64,000 nucleotides of DNA from Candidatus Bathyarchaeia archaeon (GCA_038727135.1 JAVYWL010000001.1:512001-576000); one strand, 5' to 3'; counted from the first letter of the stretch, positions 29,661 through 40,266 are shown. The notes: generated from the letters alone by a model not told the origin. Program-made: numbers and translations.

Positions 29661-30998
29661 ATGGGGATATTAGAAAAAGCCCTACAAATGCTGGAAAGAT
29701 ATCCCCTATGTGACCACTGTTTGGGTAGGCAATTCGCTTTTCTGGGGCATGGAATGGAAAACGATGGGAGAGGAAAAGCCATAAAAAATGTCTTATTAAT
29801 GGAAGCCCAAGCCCTTGCCTGCACAAAAAAGGATGAAGGGGCAAGAATTCTCAAAGTCCTTGCAATAAACGGCTTCTGTAAAAAAGCATTAGAGGCTCTT
29901 CGCAGGATGGGAAGACGCATTTCCGAGAAAAAAGTGGCGAAGACCTGTTTTCTCTGCGAGAACAGTTTTGAAATAGTTGACGAGTTGGCAAAAAGGGCTG
30001 TTGAAAAGCTACAAGAATATGAGTATAGCAGCTTTTTGGTGGGCATCGAACTTCCAGTCGAGGTTGAGGAACGCGAGGACGAGTTTAAGGCTCGCTTTGA
30101 CGTGGAATACGGCGAAAATATGAGGCTGGAATTTGGGAGAATCTTAGGCAAGAAAATCGCCGCATACAGCCAAAAAACAGTGGAACACCGAAAACCAGAC
30201 ATTGTTGTGCTCATAAACCCCATGACCAGCGAAATAAGGGTTCAGGTTAACCCCCTCTACATTGCCGGACGCTACAAGAAACTTGTTAGGGGCATACCCC
30301 AATCAAAATGGTTCTGCACCAAGTGTTACGGAAAAGGATGCGGGAAATGTAACTGGACCGGGAAAAGATATCCAGAATCCGTTGAGGAGTTAATAAGCGA
30401 ACCCATTCTCGCAGTTACGGGCGGCACTAAAACAGCATTTCATGCCTCCGGAAGAGAGGATGTGGACGCCCGCATGCTTGGAAAGGGCAGACCCTTCGTC
30501 ATAGAAATAGCACAGCCAAGAAAACGCTTCCTAAACCTTAAGGAAATTGAGGAAGCCGTAAACGCCCACGCGAAAGGCAAGGTTGAGGTTTCAGAACTCC
30601 GCTTTGTTGACAAAGACTTCGTGCGGAAACTGAAAAAGGCGGAGTCTGCGCAAAAAGAGTACCGCGTCACTGTGGAATTTGAAAAAGAAGTTTCAGACGA
30701 GGATTTAAAGCTGTTGGAGGAAAAGCTTAGCGGCGCAGTTGTTAAGCAGAGGACGCCACTACGTGTTTTACACAGGCGGGCGGATTTAACGCGGGAAAAG
30801 TACATATATGAGGTTAAAGCTAAAAGATTGTCACCGAATAGGGCTGAACTGAAAGTTAGATGTCAAGGAGGACTATATGTAAAAGAACTGGTGACGGGTG
30901 ATGAGGGAAGAACAACCCCAAGCGTCTCAGAAATTCTCGGGAACAAAGCGAAGCCTATAAAACTTGATGTTTTAAAGGTAATTGTGAAGGAAGGGTGA
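29661..30998 (+). CDS. pus10: tRNA pseudouridine(54/55) synthase Pus10
   Basis: LCDHCLGRQF, SGREDVDARMLG, GGLYVKEL. Confidence 0.95.
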   Translation: MGILEKALQMLERYPLCDHCLGRQFAFLGHGMENDGRGKAIKNVLLMEAQALACTKKDEGARILKVLAINGFCKKALEALRRMGRRISEKKVAKTCFLCENSFEIVDELAKRAVEKLQEYEYSSFLVGIELPVEVEEREDEFKARFDVEYGENMRLEFGRILGKKIAAYSQKTVEHRKPDIVVLINPMTSEIRVQVNPLYIAGRYKKLVRGIPQSKWFCTKCYGKGCGKCNWTGKRYPESVEELISEPILAVTGGTKTAFHASGREDVDARMLGKGRPFVIEIAQPRKRFLNLKEIEEAVNAHAKGKVEVSELRFVDKDFVRKLKKAESAQKEYRVTVEFEKEVSDEDLKLLEEKLSGAVVKQRTPLRVLHRRADLTREKYIYEVKAKRLSPNRAELKVRCQGGLYVKELVTGDEGRTTPSVSEILGNKAKPIKLDVLKVIVKEG

Positions 30999-31002
30999 AA
31001 AT

Positions 31003-31299
31003 TTGAGAAAGTCAAAGGGATACAGGTCAAAAACGCGGCGCCTCCTTAGGAAAGACCCTAGGGAAAGAGGCAAAATGAGACTAAGCAAACTGCTCCACGA
31101 ATACCAGCCTGGAAACAGCGTGGTCATAAAAATTGACCCAAGTGTTCAGAAGGGCATGCCCCATAGACGCTATCATGGAAAAGTGGGAAAGATTGTCGGC
31201 GTGCGCGGTAAAAGCTACATTGTAAGCGTCACTCAAGGTGATGCTGTCAAGGAGATCATTGTTAGACCAGAGCATTTGGAGCCCTATAAGGGTGGTTAG
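31003..31299 (+). CDS. rpl21e: 50S ribosomal protein L21e
   Basis: SKGYRSKTR, GMPHRRYHGK, VRPEHL. Confidence 0.96.
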   Translation: MRKSKGYRSKTRRLLRKDPRERGKMRLSKLLHEYQPGNSVVIKIDPSVQKGMPHRRYHGKVGKIVGVRGKSYIVSVTQGDAVKEIIVRPEHLEPYKGG

Positions 31300-31300
31300 G

Positions 31301-31648
31301 ATGCTGGAAAAGGCTGAAACTGAAAAGGTTAAGGAGAAAATCCTAACGATTCCACAGGTCAAAAAGCTACTGGAGGAGCTGGGCGAGGAAAAGTTGGACC
31401 AGTTCCAGAGGCGCGTGCTTGACTATGCATCCAAGTTTTCAAAAGTTAACGCCGAAACTGCCGAGATGCTTGTGGAAAAACTTGTTAAAGATTTTGGTTT
31501 AGAAGAAGCCGAGGCTGTTCAAATAGTTAATTGTATGCCCAGCACCATTGAAGAGCTTAGAGTCTTTCTTGGGGGCGGGCGCAAAATTATTGAAGCCTCT
31601 AAACTGGAAGCAATGGTTAAACTTTTAAACGAACATAGATTGAAATAA
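31301..31648 (+). CDS. rpoF: RNA polymerase subunit Rpo4/F
   Basis: LDYASKFSK...AVQIVNCMP...EELR; conserved rpl21e-rpoF-DUF655-rsmA order. Confidence 0.92.
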   Translation: MLEKAETEKVKEKILTIPQVKKLLEELGEEKLDQFQRRVLDYASKFSKVNAETAEMLVEKLVKDFGLEEAEAVQIVNCMPSTIEELRVFLGGGRKIIEASKLEAMVKLLNEHRLK

Positions 31649-31694
31649 CTCTTCAAACCGTATTTTAAATGTAAGGGGTTTAAAAGGGAATACA

Positions 31695-32267
31695 ATGGAG
31701 AAGGAGAAACGCTACGAAGAGTACGCCTACGTCCTAGACTTTCTCCCCCACGGGCGCCCTGGAGTTCGAATAACAGGACGAGCTGGCTACAGAGCTGGAG
31801 CCCTAGTCCAGCTTGTCGGCGAGGAATTCTTCACCCTTTTAGAGGCTTTGGTTAAGGAAGGTGTCACTTTAAAGCCTCATGACCGTGTTTATGTTGGGAA
31901 GGATGCTCGTGAGGAGATAACCTACATTATTGGGCGGATAGGTTATGACGAATTGACATCAGCCGCTAAAATGGAGCTTCCAGCGGTTATAAGCCGCATA
32001 GTGCTTAACCGTGAAAAATGGTTTGTCAATTTCTTCAACACGGCACAAGCCATAACCCCGAGAATGCACGCCCTGGAGCTTATTCCCGGGATAGGCAAAA
32101 AGTACATGTGGCAGGTTATAAACGAGCGGGAGAAAAAACCTTTTGAAAGCTTTGAGGACCTACAAAAGCGAACCGAAATCCCCAACCCGGTTAAGCTCCT
32201 CACAAAAAGGATTTTGGAGGAGTTGGCTGGCGAAAGCAAGTATAGGCTTTTCACAAGAGCCCGCTGA
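31695..32267 (+). CDS. DUF655 family protein
   Basis: YVLDFLPHG, FTLLE, RMHALELIPGIGKK. Confidence 0.92.
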   Translation: MEKEKRYEEYAYVLDFLPHGRPGVRITGRAGYRAGALVQLVGEEFFTLLEALVKEGVTLKPHDRVYVGKDAREEITYIIGRIGYDELTSAAKMELPAVISRIVLNREKWFVNFFNTAQAITPRMHALELIPGIGKKYMWQVINEREKKPFESFEDLQKRTEIPNPVKLLTKRILEELAGESKYRLFTRAR

Positions 32268-32287
32268 AAGGGGCTGTAAACGCTTCC

Positions 32288-33106
32288 ATGAGTCTAATTG
32301 AAGAGGCGAAGCTTCTCCTTCGAAGGTATCGAATTTTCCCGAAGAAGCGTCTCGGGCAACATTTTATGGTTGAACCGTCAATTTTTCAACTTTTAGCCAG
32401 TTACGCCTCGCTTTGCAAAAATGATGTTGTTTTGGATATTGGCGCTGGGTTGGGTTTTTTAACCCGCTTTTTAGCCGAAAAGTGTGAACGGGTTTTGGCT
32501 GTTGAAGTGGATAATAGGCTTGTTAGAGTTTTGCGTGAGCAACTTGGAGCGTTGCCAAATGTCGAGGTTATTGAGGGAGACGTTCTTAAGCTTCCACTTC
32601 CAGTATTCAACAAGGTTGTTTCCGTACCGCCATACAGCATTTCTTCAGCTTTAATCCAATGGCTCTTCGACAAGAAACTCGAGTGTGCAGTTTTTATTTT
32701 TCAAAAAGAGTTTGCAAGCCGTCTTGTGGCACCCGTCGGAAGCGAAGACTATGGCTGGTTGACTGTTCTAACCTACTACCATTTCGATGTTGAGCCTTTA
32801 GACGATGTGCCAAAGACTTTTTTCTATCCACAGCCCGAAGTAGACTCCATAATTGTCCGTCTGAAACCTAAACTGCCACCGCCTTTTAAGCTGAGGGATG
32901 AAGCTCTTTTTGTTAGACTTGTGCAAGCTCTTTTCACACAACGCAACAGAAAAGTTAGAAACGCAATCCAACCCTTCATGAGGAAAGAGCATAAAGCTTT
33001 CAGAGAAGCTGTCAAAATAGCTGATGCTCTTCCCTTTCATGATAGGCGTGTGCGGGAACTGGCGCCAGAAGACTTTGGTGAGCTGGCAAATGCGCTTGCC
33101 AACTAA
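32288..33106 (+). CDS. rsmA: 16S rRNA dimethyltransferase KsgA/Dim1
   Basis: KKRLGQHF, DIGAGLG, PPYSISS, FYPQPEVDS. Confidence 0.95.
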   Translation: MSLIEEAKLLLRRYRIFPKKRLGQHFMVEPSIFQLLASYASLCKNDVVLDIGAGLGFLTRFLAEKCERVLAVEVDNRLVRVLREQLGALPNVEVIEGDVLKLPLPVFNKVVSVPPYSISSALIQWLFDKKLECAVFIFQKEFASRLVAPVGSEDYGWLTVLTYYHFDVEPLDDVPKTFFYPQPEVDSIIVRLKPKLPPPFKLRDEALFVRLVQALFTQRNRKVRNAIQPFMRKEHKAFREAVKIADALPFHDRRVRELAPEDFGELANALAN

Positions 33107-33713
33107 GCGGGTGTTCTTCAAAAACTATGTTTTCGATGTTTGGCAAGACGTTTACGAACCAGCAGAAGACTCCTTTCTGTTCGCGGAAAACCTAGCTGTG
33201 AAGGAAGGCGAAAAAGTCCTTGATGTGGGAACTGGATGCGGTATCCTCGGTATAATCGCCTCAAACAAAGCCTCCCAAGTAGTTGCAATAGATATAAACC
33301 CAGCAGCGGTGCGATGTGCCAAGGAAAATGCTAAGCTAAACGGTGTTGGCGATAAAATGTTCTTTATTCAAGGCGACCTTTTTGCGCCACTAAAGACTGG
33401 AGAAAAGTTCGATTTAATCCTTTTTAATGCACCCTATCTGCCAACAGAACCGTTTGAAGGCAAAACTTTTGTTGAGCGTGCATGGGCTGGCGGGACAAGC
33501 GGCAGAGCGGTCATAGACCGCTTTTTGAACGGAGTTCGTGGTTATGTTAATGTTGGTGGTCGTGTTTTGTTGATGCAGTCCACCCTCGCGGATATAGATG
33601 AAACTATGCAAATTTTGGAGGTTAAAGGTTTCAAAGCGGAGATCATTGTAAGTTTAGACCTTCCCTTCTTTGAAACGATAGTGCTCATTGAAGCGAAAGC
33701 TAGCCTTCCCTAG
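33090..33713 (+). CDS. HemK2/PrmC-like methyltransferase
   Basis: VYEPAEDSFL, DVGTGCG, FNAPY. Confidence 0.9.
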   Translation: MRLPTKRVFFKNYVFDVWQDVYEPAEDSFLFAENLAVKEGEKVLDVGTGCGILGIIASNKASQVVAIDINPAAVRCAKENAKLNGVGDKMFFIQGDLFAPLKTGEKFDLILFNAPYLPTEPFEGKTFVERAWAGGTSGRAVIDRFLNGVRGYVNVGGRVLLMQSTLADIDETMQILEVKGFKAEIIVSLDLPFFETIVLIEAKASLP

Positions 33714-34725
33714 CCCTAAAGGATTCTAACCTTGCGAGCATTTCTTGCTTCTTTTGCTCGCTTAAGAAGGAGGCTTGAAAAGAGTTTTTGGCGAGCTCAA
33801 AAATGTGGTGTGCGTCTAAGCGGAGCGCCCTCTGTACTGCAATGTAGTTTTCGTTTATGTAGCCTCCAAAATATGCTGGGTCATCAGAATTCACCGTTAC
33901 AAGGAGTCCCTTGTCGAACATTTTCCTCAATGGATGCTCCTTCATGCTTTTTACAACGCCCAACTTCAGATTTGAAAGCGGACAAAGCGTTAACGGGATT
34001 TTCTGCCTAGCCAACTCTTTAACAAGATTTTCATCGTCAAGGGCGTGGTTTCCATGGTCAATGCGGGAAACCTTGAGAAGCTTGATTGCCTCCCAAACAT
34101 ATTCTGCGGGGCCCTCCTCACCAGCATGAGCAACCGTCAAAAAGCCTTCATCAATAGCTTTTTCAAAGACCTTTTGAAACTTTGAGGGTGGATTACCAAC
34201 CTCAGCTGAGTCAAGCCCGACAGCCACAATCCAGTCCTTGTAAGGCAAAGCCTCTTCTAATGTTTTGAAAGCTGAATCCACGTCTAAATCCCTTAAGAAA
34301 CACATTATCAGTTTTGTTGAAATCCCAAGCTTCTTTTCTCCATCTTTAAGGGCTTTGTGTATGCCTGTCACTACGACATCGAATTTTATTCCTCTTCTCG
34401 TGTGGGCTTGGGGGTCAAAGAATACTTCAACATGTAAAACGTTTTGGGAGCGCGCCCTTTCCAGATAAGCCCATGTTAAATCATAAAAATCCTGCTTCTT
34501 TTGCAGAACTTTCACTCCCTCGTAGTAAACGTCCAAAAAGTCTTGGAGATTTCTGAAGTTGTAAGCCTTCCTACCTTCTTCAACACTTCCATATTTTGGT
34601 TGGATACTATTCCTTCGTGCGATTTCAATCATCATTTGTGGTTCAAGAGTGCCTTCAATGTGTAGGTGCAGCTCTGCTTTCGGAATTTCTCTAATAAGTG
34701 TCTCCAAGGAATTTTTGTCTCTCAT
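33700..34725 (-). CDS. Adenine/adenosine deaminase
   Basis: PKAELHLHIEG, AHAGEEG, RIDHG, NSDDPAYF. Confidence 0.93.
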   Translation of the reverse strand: MRDKNSLETLIREIPKAELHLHIEGTLEPQMMIEIARRNSIQPKYGSVEEGRKAYNFRNLQDFLDVYYEGVKVLQKKQDFYDLTWAYLERARSQNVLHVEVFFDPQAHTRRGIKFDVVVTGIHKALKDGEKKLGISTKLIMCFLRDLDVDSAFKTLEEALPYKDWIVAVGLDSAEVGNPPSKFQKVFEKAIDEGFLTVAHAGEEGPAEYVWEAIKLLKVSRIDHGNHALDDENLVKELARQKIPLTLCPLSNLKLGVVKSMKEHPLRKMFDKGLLVTVNSDDPAYFGGYINENYIAVQRALRLDAHHIFELAKNSFQASFLSEQKKQEMLARLESFRAREG

Positions 34726-34832
34726 TTCTATGTGAATAGCTGTTTCAACCGCTTTATAGGATTTTGTTGAAAAACTATATAATGTGAAGGCTTTACTATT
34801 GCTAGAAAACACCACTTGGAGCGTGAACATTC

Positions 34833-35354
34833 ATGTGTATAATTGGGAAGGACAAGTTGAAGGAGCTTATTGAAAATTACAAGTGTATATACCCATACGA
34901 CTATAACCTCCTTGATGGGGACAGCTATGTGCTAACGGTTAAAGATGAGACGACGCTAAATTATCTGGAACATAAAAACTTAATATCCTACGAGATAGTT
35001 TTCACCCCGCCGAATTATGTTGCCCATCTAACGGCCAAAAGCAAGTATGGGCGGATGGGCTTATCCTTCCTTAACGCGGCGAAGGTTCACAGCGGCTTTG
35101 TGGGTAGGCTTGCCCTTGAGATTGTGAATTTGAGCAATGACCGTTGCCCAATAACCATTAAGCGGGGAGACCCCTTCATGCATATAGAGTTCATAACAAG
35201 GGAAGGCGAACCATCACCCTACATAGGCGAGTACCAGTTCCAGTACTTGACAGACGAAGAAGTGAAAATGTATATTCCAATTTTAAAGCGGGTTTTTCCA
35301 AACTATGATGAGCTTGCAAAAATATGGTTTAAAAATAGACCCTTTCCTCCATAG
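34833..35354 (+). CDS. dCTP deaminase/dUTPase-fold protein (divergent)
   Basis: AKSKYGRMGL...VHSGFVGRLALEIVN...IKRGD...GEYQFQ. Confidence 0.75.
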   Translation: MCIIGKDKLKELIENYKCIYPYDYNLLDGDSYVLTVKDETTLNYLEHKNLISYEIVFTPPNYVAHLTAKSKYGRMGLSFLNAAKVHSGFVGRLALEIVNLSNDRCPITIKRGDPFMHIEFITREGEPSPYIGEYQFQYLTDEEVKMYIPILKRVFPNYDELAKIWFKNRPFPP

Positions 35355-35475
35355 TTCCCACCCCGCATTCCTAAACTGAATTCACAATTCATAATCTTAA
35401 TCAAGTATGGGATGCCTATGCATGCTTAACAAACTGCTTAAATACCACTATTGTGTATGCTGAAAGGGATGCACC

Positions 35476-35988
35476 ATGCGCGCGCGCAACTACAGAGAGG
35501 TTAAAGGGCAACCCTACACTAGACGGGAGTTTGTCAAGGGTTTCCCCCAGCCGAAAATAACCAAGTTCACTATGGGAGACCCTAACGCCAAATTCGAGTA
35601 TGAGGCTAGGCTCATAGCCCTAGAAAGAGCCCAGATTAGGCATAATGCGTTGGAAGCTGCCCGTGTGGCAACAAACCGCCTCCTAATGGATAAACTTTCA
35701 AACAATTACTTTTTGCAAGTTCACCCATATCCACATGTTATTCTTCGGGAAAACAAAATGATTTTTGGGGCTCACGCAGACCGCCTTCAGGATGGTATGA
35801 GGCGGGCTTTTGGAAAGCCTATTGGCACTGCAGCACGTGTGGAACCAAACCAGACGATTATGACTGTTAGAGTGAACGCCAACGGCGTTGAAGTTGCAAA
35901 GGAAGCCTTAAGGCGGGGAGCCGCAAAACTTCCAACACCATGCAGGATAGTTGTTGAAAAATTGCAAGTTGAGGAGGCGAAAATGTAA
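35476..35988 (+). CDS. rpl10e: 50S ribosomal protein L10e (uL16)
   Basis: QIRHNALEAAR, ADRLQDGMRRAFGKP. Confidence 0.96.
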   Translation: MRARNYREVKGQPYTRREFVKGFPQPKITKFTMGDPNAKFEYEARLIALERAQIRHNALEAARVATNRLLMDKLSNNYFLQVHPYPHVILRENKMIFGAHADRLQDGMRRAFGKPIGTAARVEPNQTIMTVRVNANGVEVAKEALRRGAAKLPTPCRIVVEKLQVEEAKM

Positions 35989-38465
35989 TGGCGGAGACGA
36001 AAACAGACCTCGTGATATGGTTTGAAAACCTTAGGAGGACAGACATACCCCTTGTTGGAGGAAAAAACGCGAACCTAGGCGAAATGCTAAGTGCCGGCAT
36101 TCCAATCCCCCACGGATTTGCAATAACAGCCTACTCCTACAAACGTTTCATTGAGGAGACCGGCATAGCCAGCGAAATCTACAAAATCATAAAGGAGACT
36201 GTTAAGGACCCAAACGATCCAAAACAGTATGAGGAGGCCTCTAAAAAGATTCGCGCCCTAATCGAGTCTACGCCCATGCCTAAGGACATAGAAGAGGCCA
36301 TAAGAGCCGCCTACAGAGAACTATGCAAACGGTTAAACGTGAGTGATGTTTTTGTGGCGGTCCGATCCAGCGCTACGGCTGAGGACTTGCCGGACGCTTC
36401 TTTTGCTGGACAACAAGAAACGTATCTGAATGTTAGGGGCGAAAACGAGGTTATCGAGAAAACTATTAAATGCTGGTCCAGTCTTTTCACGCCTCGCGCC
36501 ATTTTCTATCGCACCCAGAAAGGCTTCGCCCATGAAAGGGTCCTCATAAGCGTCGGCGTCCAAAAAATGGTTCATGCTAAAGCTGCCGGCGTTATGTTCA
36601 CAATAAACCCCGTTACCGGAGACCCGAACCAAATTGTTATTGAGGGCAATTATGGCTTAGGCGAAGCTGTTGTTTCTGGAGCAGTCACTCCAGACGAGTT
36701 CATCGTTGACAAGCGAACCATGAAAATCATTGAGAGACGCATCGCCACCAAAAAAGTGATGTATGCTCGTGACCCCGATACTGGCAAGACCGTACACTTG
36801 GACGTGCCGGCTGAAAAGCAGAATATGCCATGCCTAACAGATGAAGAGGTTCTAAAACTCGCCGAGTTAGCTATAAAAATTGAGCAGCACTATGGCAAGC
36901 CCCAAGACATTGAATGGGCCATTGACAGCGAATTAGGCTTCCCAGAAAATGTTTTCATTGTCCAGTCCAGACCGGAAACTGTTTGGAGCCTTAAGGCGGC
37001 TGAAGCGCCCGAAAAGAAGGTTGAGATTGGCTTAGCAAAGCCAGAAGAGGCGTTAAAGGTTGTTGTTAAGGGTATACCAGCGGGCAAGAGGGGAATAGGC
37101 TTCGGAGTGGCAAAGGTTGTTTTAAACCCGGAGGAAGCTGCAAAAGTCATGCGGAAGGGCGACATTCTCGTCACAGACATGACTAATCCGGACTATGTAC
37201 CCTTCATGAGGCTTGCCGGCGCCATAGTCACAGACAAGGGTGGCATAACATGCCATGCAGCTATTGTGAGCCGTGAGCTTGGCATACCGTGTGTAGTCGG
37301 CACTGAAAACGCTACAAAGCTGATGGTTAGCGGCAAGGAATATACCGTTGATGCAAGAAGCGGAGTTGTCTATGAAGGCATAGTTCCAGCCATGACTGAA
37401 CATCCAACGCCGACGCCATCCGGAGCAGCTTCCCAAGCGGCGTTTGCTGGCATTGTCCAATCGGTTCCAGTAACTGCAACGAAAATTTACATGAACCTTG
37501 GGGTTCCAGAGAAGATCGAAGATTATAAGGACTTGCCCTTTGAAGGCATCGGGCTTATGCGCATCGAATTCATTCTAGCCAGCTACATTGGAGAGCATCC
37601 ACTCTACCTCATAGAGATTGGGCAAGGACAAAAGTTTGTGGACAAGCTTGCAGAAGGCATAGCCACTGTCGCTAGGGCTATACAGCCCCGCCCAGTTGTT
37701 GTGCGCTTCAGCGACTTCAAAACAAACGAGTACCGCGAACTTAAAGGCGGAGAAAAATACGAGATTGTTGAGAACAATCCTATGTTGGGCTGGCGGGGAT
37801 GCAGCCGCTACATAAGCCCATGGTATGAGAAAGCCTTCCGCCTAGAATGTCAAGCTATAAGAAAGTGCCGTGAAGAGTGGGGACTAAAAAACGTCTGGGT
37901 TATGCTTCCAGTCGTGCGTACCCTCTGGGAAGCCAAAAAGTGTCTGGAAATAATGCGTGAGGAAGGCTTGGAAAGGTCAAAGGACTTTAAGGTTTGGTTT
38001 ATGGCTGAAACACCATCAATAGCCATATTAGCCGACGAGTTCTCGAAGCTTTGCGACGGCTTCTCCATAGGCTCAAACGACATGACGCAAGGCATACTGA
38101 TGATTGACAGAGACTCCGAACGCCTAGGGCAGATGGGATACTTTGATGAGAGAGACCCGGCTGTAAAAAGGATAATAGCCCACCTAATCAAGGTAGCCCA
38201 CGAAAACGGCTGCACTGTCTCCATCTGCGGCGAGGCGCCTTCAAACCTTCCAGACTTCACAGAGTTTCTGGTGCGGGCTGGAATAGACAGCATATCAGTA
38301 AACCCCGACGCTGTAATAGCCACAAAGAAGCTTGTAGCAAGCATAGAGCAAAAAATAATCCTAGAAAAGCTTGCAGAACAGCATGAGCGAGCCCTAGGGC
38401 GTCCGGTTAAAAGACCAAAAGAAGACTGGGAATGGACGCCCAGATGGGATGAAAGCATAAGGTAA
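35988..38465 (+). CDS. ppsA: Phosphoenolpyruvate synthase
   Basis: VGGKNANLGE, SFAGQQET, GGITCHAAIVSRE, FSIGSND. Confidence 0.96.
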   Translation: MAETKTDLVIWFENLRRTDIPLVGGKNANLGEMLSAGIPIPHGFAITAYSYKRFIEETGIASEIYKIIKETVKDPNDPKQYEEASKKIRALIESTPMPKDIEEAIRAAYRELCKRLNVSDVFVAVRSSATAEDLPDASFAGQQETYLNVRGENEVIEKTIKCWSSLFTPRAIFYRTQKGFAHERVLISVGVQKMVHAKAAGVMFTINPVTGDPNQIVIEGNYGLGEAVVSGAVTPDEFIVDKRTMKIIERRIATKKVMYARDPDTGKTVHLDVPAEKQNMPCLTDEEVLKLAELAIKIEQHYGKPQDIEWAIDSELGFPENVFIVQSRPETVWSLKAAEAPEKKVEIGLAKPEEALKVVVKGIPAGKRGIGFGVAKVVLNPEEAAKVMRKGDILVTDMTNPDYVPFMRLAGAIVTDKGGITCHAAIVSRELGIPCVVGTENATKLMVSGKEYTVDARSGVVYEGIVPAMTEHPTPTPSGAASQAAFAGIVQSVPVTATKIYMNLGVPEKIEDYKDLPFEGIGLMRIEFILASYIGEHPLYLIEIGQGQKFVDKLAEGIATVARAIQPRPVVVRFSDFKTNEYRELKGGEKYEIVENNPMLGWRGCSRYISPWYEKAFRLECQAIRKCREEWGLKNVWVMLPVVRTLWEAKKCLEIMREEGLERSKDFKVWFMAETPSIAILADEFSKLCDGFSIGSNDMTQGILMIDRDSERLGQMGYFDERDPAVKRIIAHLIKVAHENGCTVSICGEAPSNLPDFTEFLVRAGIDSISVNPDAVIATKKLVASIEQKIILEKLAEQHERALGRPVKRPKEDWEWTPRWDESIR

Positions 38466-38529
38466 CAACCGCTCAGACTATCCCCCTTTTCCTAGTCAAT
38501 GTTCTTTAAAGGTTGTTTGGTGTTCCACC

Positions 38530-39525
38530 TTGAAGATGTTTGATTTTGAAGAAGAAAGGTTAAGGCAGGAAATTGCTAAGCTTGGAGCCAAACGCGTTTT
38601 AATACAACTGCCAGAAGGACTGAAAGGTGAGGCTCCCCGTCTGGCAAAAGTTGTTGAAAAGGCTGGTGCTTTGCCAATCGTTTCCGCAGACCCATGCTAC
38701 GGTGCTTGTGACCTAGCAACTTCTGAAGCTGAAAGCCTCGGCGCAGATCTCATAGTGCATTATGGGCATACAAAGCTTTTGAAATATGAAAAAGTACCAA
38801 CCATTTACATTGAGGCGCGAGCCACCATAAGTGTCACAGAGACCGTTGAAAAGGCACTACCTTTAATGGAAAATTGGCATAAGGTGGGCTTAGCCACAAC
38901 GGTCCAGCATGTGCAAACCCTCGACGAAGCAAAAGAAGTGCTAATTCGCGCCGGAAAAACTGTCATGGTTGGCGATGCTGGACGCCTAAACTATCCCGGA
39001 CAGGTTGTTGGATGCGACTACAGCAACGCTAAATCCATTGCTGAAGACGTTGAAGGCTTCCTCTTTATAGGCGGCGGACGCTTTCATGCTCTAGGATTAG
39101 CTCTCGCAACATCAAAACCCACAATAGTCGCAGACCCCTACGAGAAGAGAGCCTACCCAATAGACGAGGAAGCCCAAAAGGCTCAAAAGCAAAGATGGGC
39201 GTGCATCCAAGAAGCCCAAAAAGCAAAAACCTTCGCAGTTCTTGTGGGACTTAAAACCGGACAAAAACGGCTGGATGAAGCCCTAACCATAAGAGAAAAG
39301 CTTGAAAAAGCTGGCAAGGACGCCTACCTATTCGCCATTAGAGAAATAACACCAGAAACAGTCATGAACTTTCCAACCGTGGACGCTTACGTTAATACGG
39401 CATGCCCACGAGTGTCCATTGATGCTCCATCCAAGTTCTCAAAGCCGATGCTAACCATAAACGAGGCACTTATGGTTCTCAGTGAAATTTCATGGAAAGA
39501 GCTTTGTAAAAGGGGATTTTTCTAG
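38530..39525 (+). CDS. dph2: Diphthamide biosynthesis enzyme Dph2
   Basis: QLPEGL, CYGACD, HYGH, GQVVGC, TACPR. Confidence 0.95.
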   Translation: MKMFDFEEERLRQEIAKLGAKRVLIQLPEGLKGEAPRLAKVVEKAGALPIVSADPCYGACDLATSEAESLGADLIVHYGHTKLLKYEKVPTIYIEARATISVTETVEKALPLMENWHKVGLATTVQHVQTLDEAKEVLIRAGKTVMVGDAGRLNYPGQVVGCDYSNAKSIAEDVEGFLFIGGGRFHALGLALATSKPTIVADPYEKRAYPIDEEAQKAQKQRWACIQEAQKAKTFAVLVGLKTGQKRLDEALTIREKLEKAGKDAYLFAIREITPETVMNFPTVDAYVNTACPRVSIDAPSKFSKPMLTINEALMVLSEISWKELCKRGFF

Positions 39526-39537
39526 AGACGAAGGCGT

Positions 39538-40266
39538 ATGGCAAGGAAGATTGCGGTTTGTCTTGAAGTCGGCTTAGAGGGAACAGGCGCCTTTGTTCCA
39601 GAATGCCCGGGATGCTGGGTTTTCGGACACTCTCCAGAAAGCGCTCTTACAAAAGTGAGAACCGCTGTCGCTGAATGGTTCGACTGGCTAGAAAAGCACG
39701 GTGAACATGTTCCAGCCGAGGCAAGAGGCTTTGAAATTGAGGTTGCAGAAGTTTTGAGGGTGAGCTACAATCCAGTTGAGGCTGGAAAGCCTGAACCCCT
39801 CTTCTGGTCTGAAGTGGCTCCCATCACTAGAAAAGATATTGCTTGGACTTTAAAGCTCATGGATTATTCTAGGGAAGACTTGTTGAAACTTGTTTCAAAC
39901 TTGAGCATCGGAATTCTGGACTGGCTGCCTCCGGGAAAGCCTCGCACCATTAAGAACTGCTTGCGACACATTGCCCATGTTGAATCTTGGTACATAACGC
40001 GTTTAAATGTTGAACTGCCCACATGTTATCCAAGAAATGTGTTTGAACTATTAAGCCACACTAGAAAAGTCGTTGTTGACTATTTGAAGAACATGCCGAA
40101 GGAAAAAATGCGAGGAGTTTTCCAACCCGAAACGGACAAAAGTCCGATGTGCAATCTCTGGACCGCCAGAAAGGTTTTGAGGAGACTTGTGGACCATGAA
40201 AGGTTGCATACGCGTTACATAGCCAAAGTACTTCAGACCTACAGCGAACTGGGAAAGGTTTATTGA
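39538..40266 (+). CDS. HicB-like N-terminal domain fused to a DinB-like domain
   Basis: AFVPECPGCWVFG...EWFDWL (HicB-like); RHIAHVESWY...RRLVDHERLH (DinB His motifs). Confidence 0.7.
   Translation: MARKIAVCLEVGLEGTGAFVPECPGCWVFGHSPESALTKVRTAVAEWFDWLEKHGEHVPAEARGFEIEVAEVLRVSYNPVEAGKPEPLFWSEVAPITRKDIAWTLKLMDYSREDLLKLVSNLSIGILDWLPPGKPRTIKNCLRHIAHVESWYITRLNVELPTCYPRNVFELLSHTRKVVVDYLKNMPKEKMRGVFQPETDKSPMCNLWTARKVLRRLVDHERLHTRYIAKVLQTYSELGKVY

Noticed and set aside
37850-38458. Long antisense ORFs (also 29645-30223 and 50846-51472)
   Set aside because: Antisense shadows of ppsA, pus10 and rpl4 with no independent motifs
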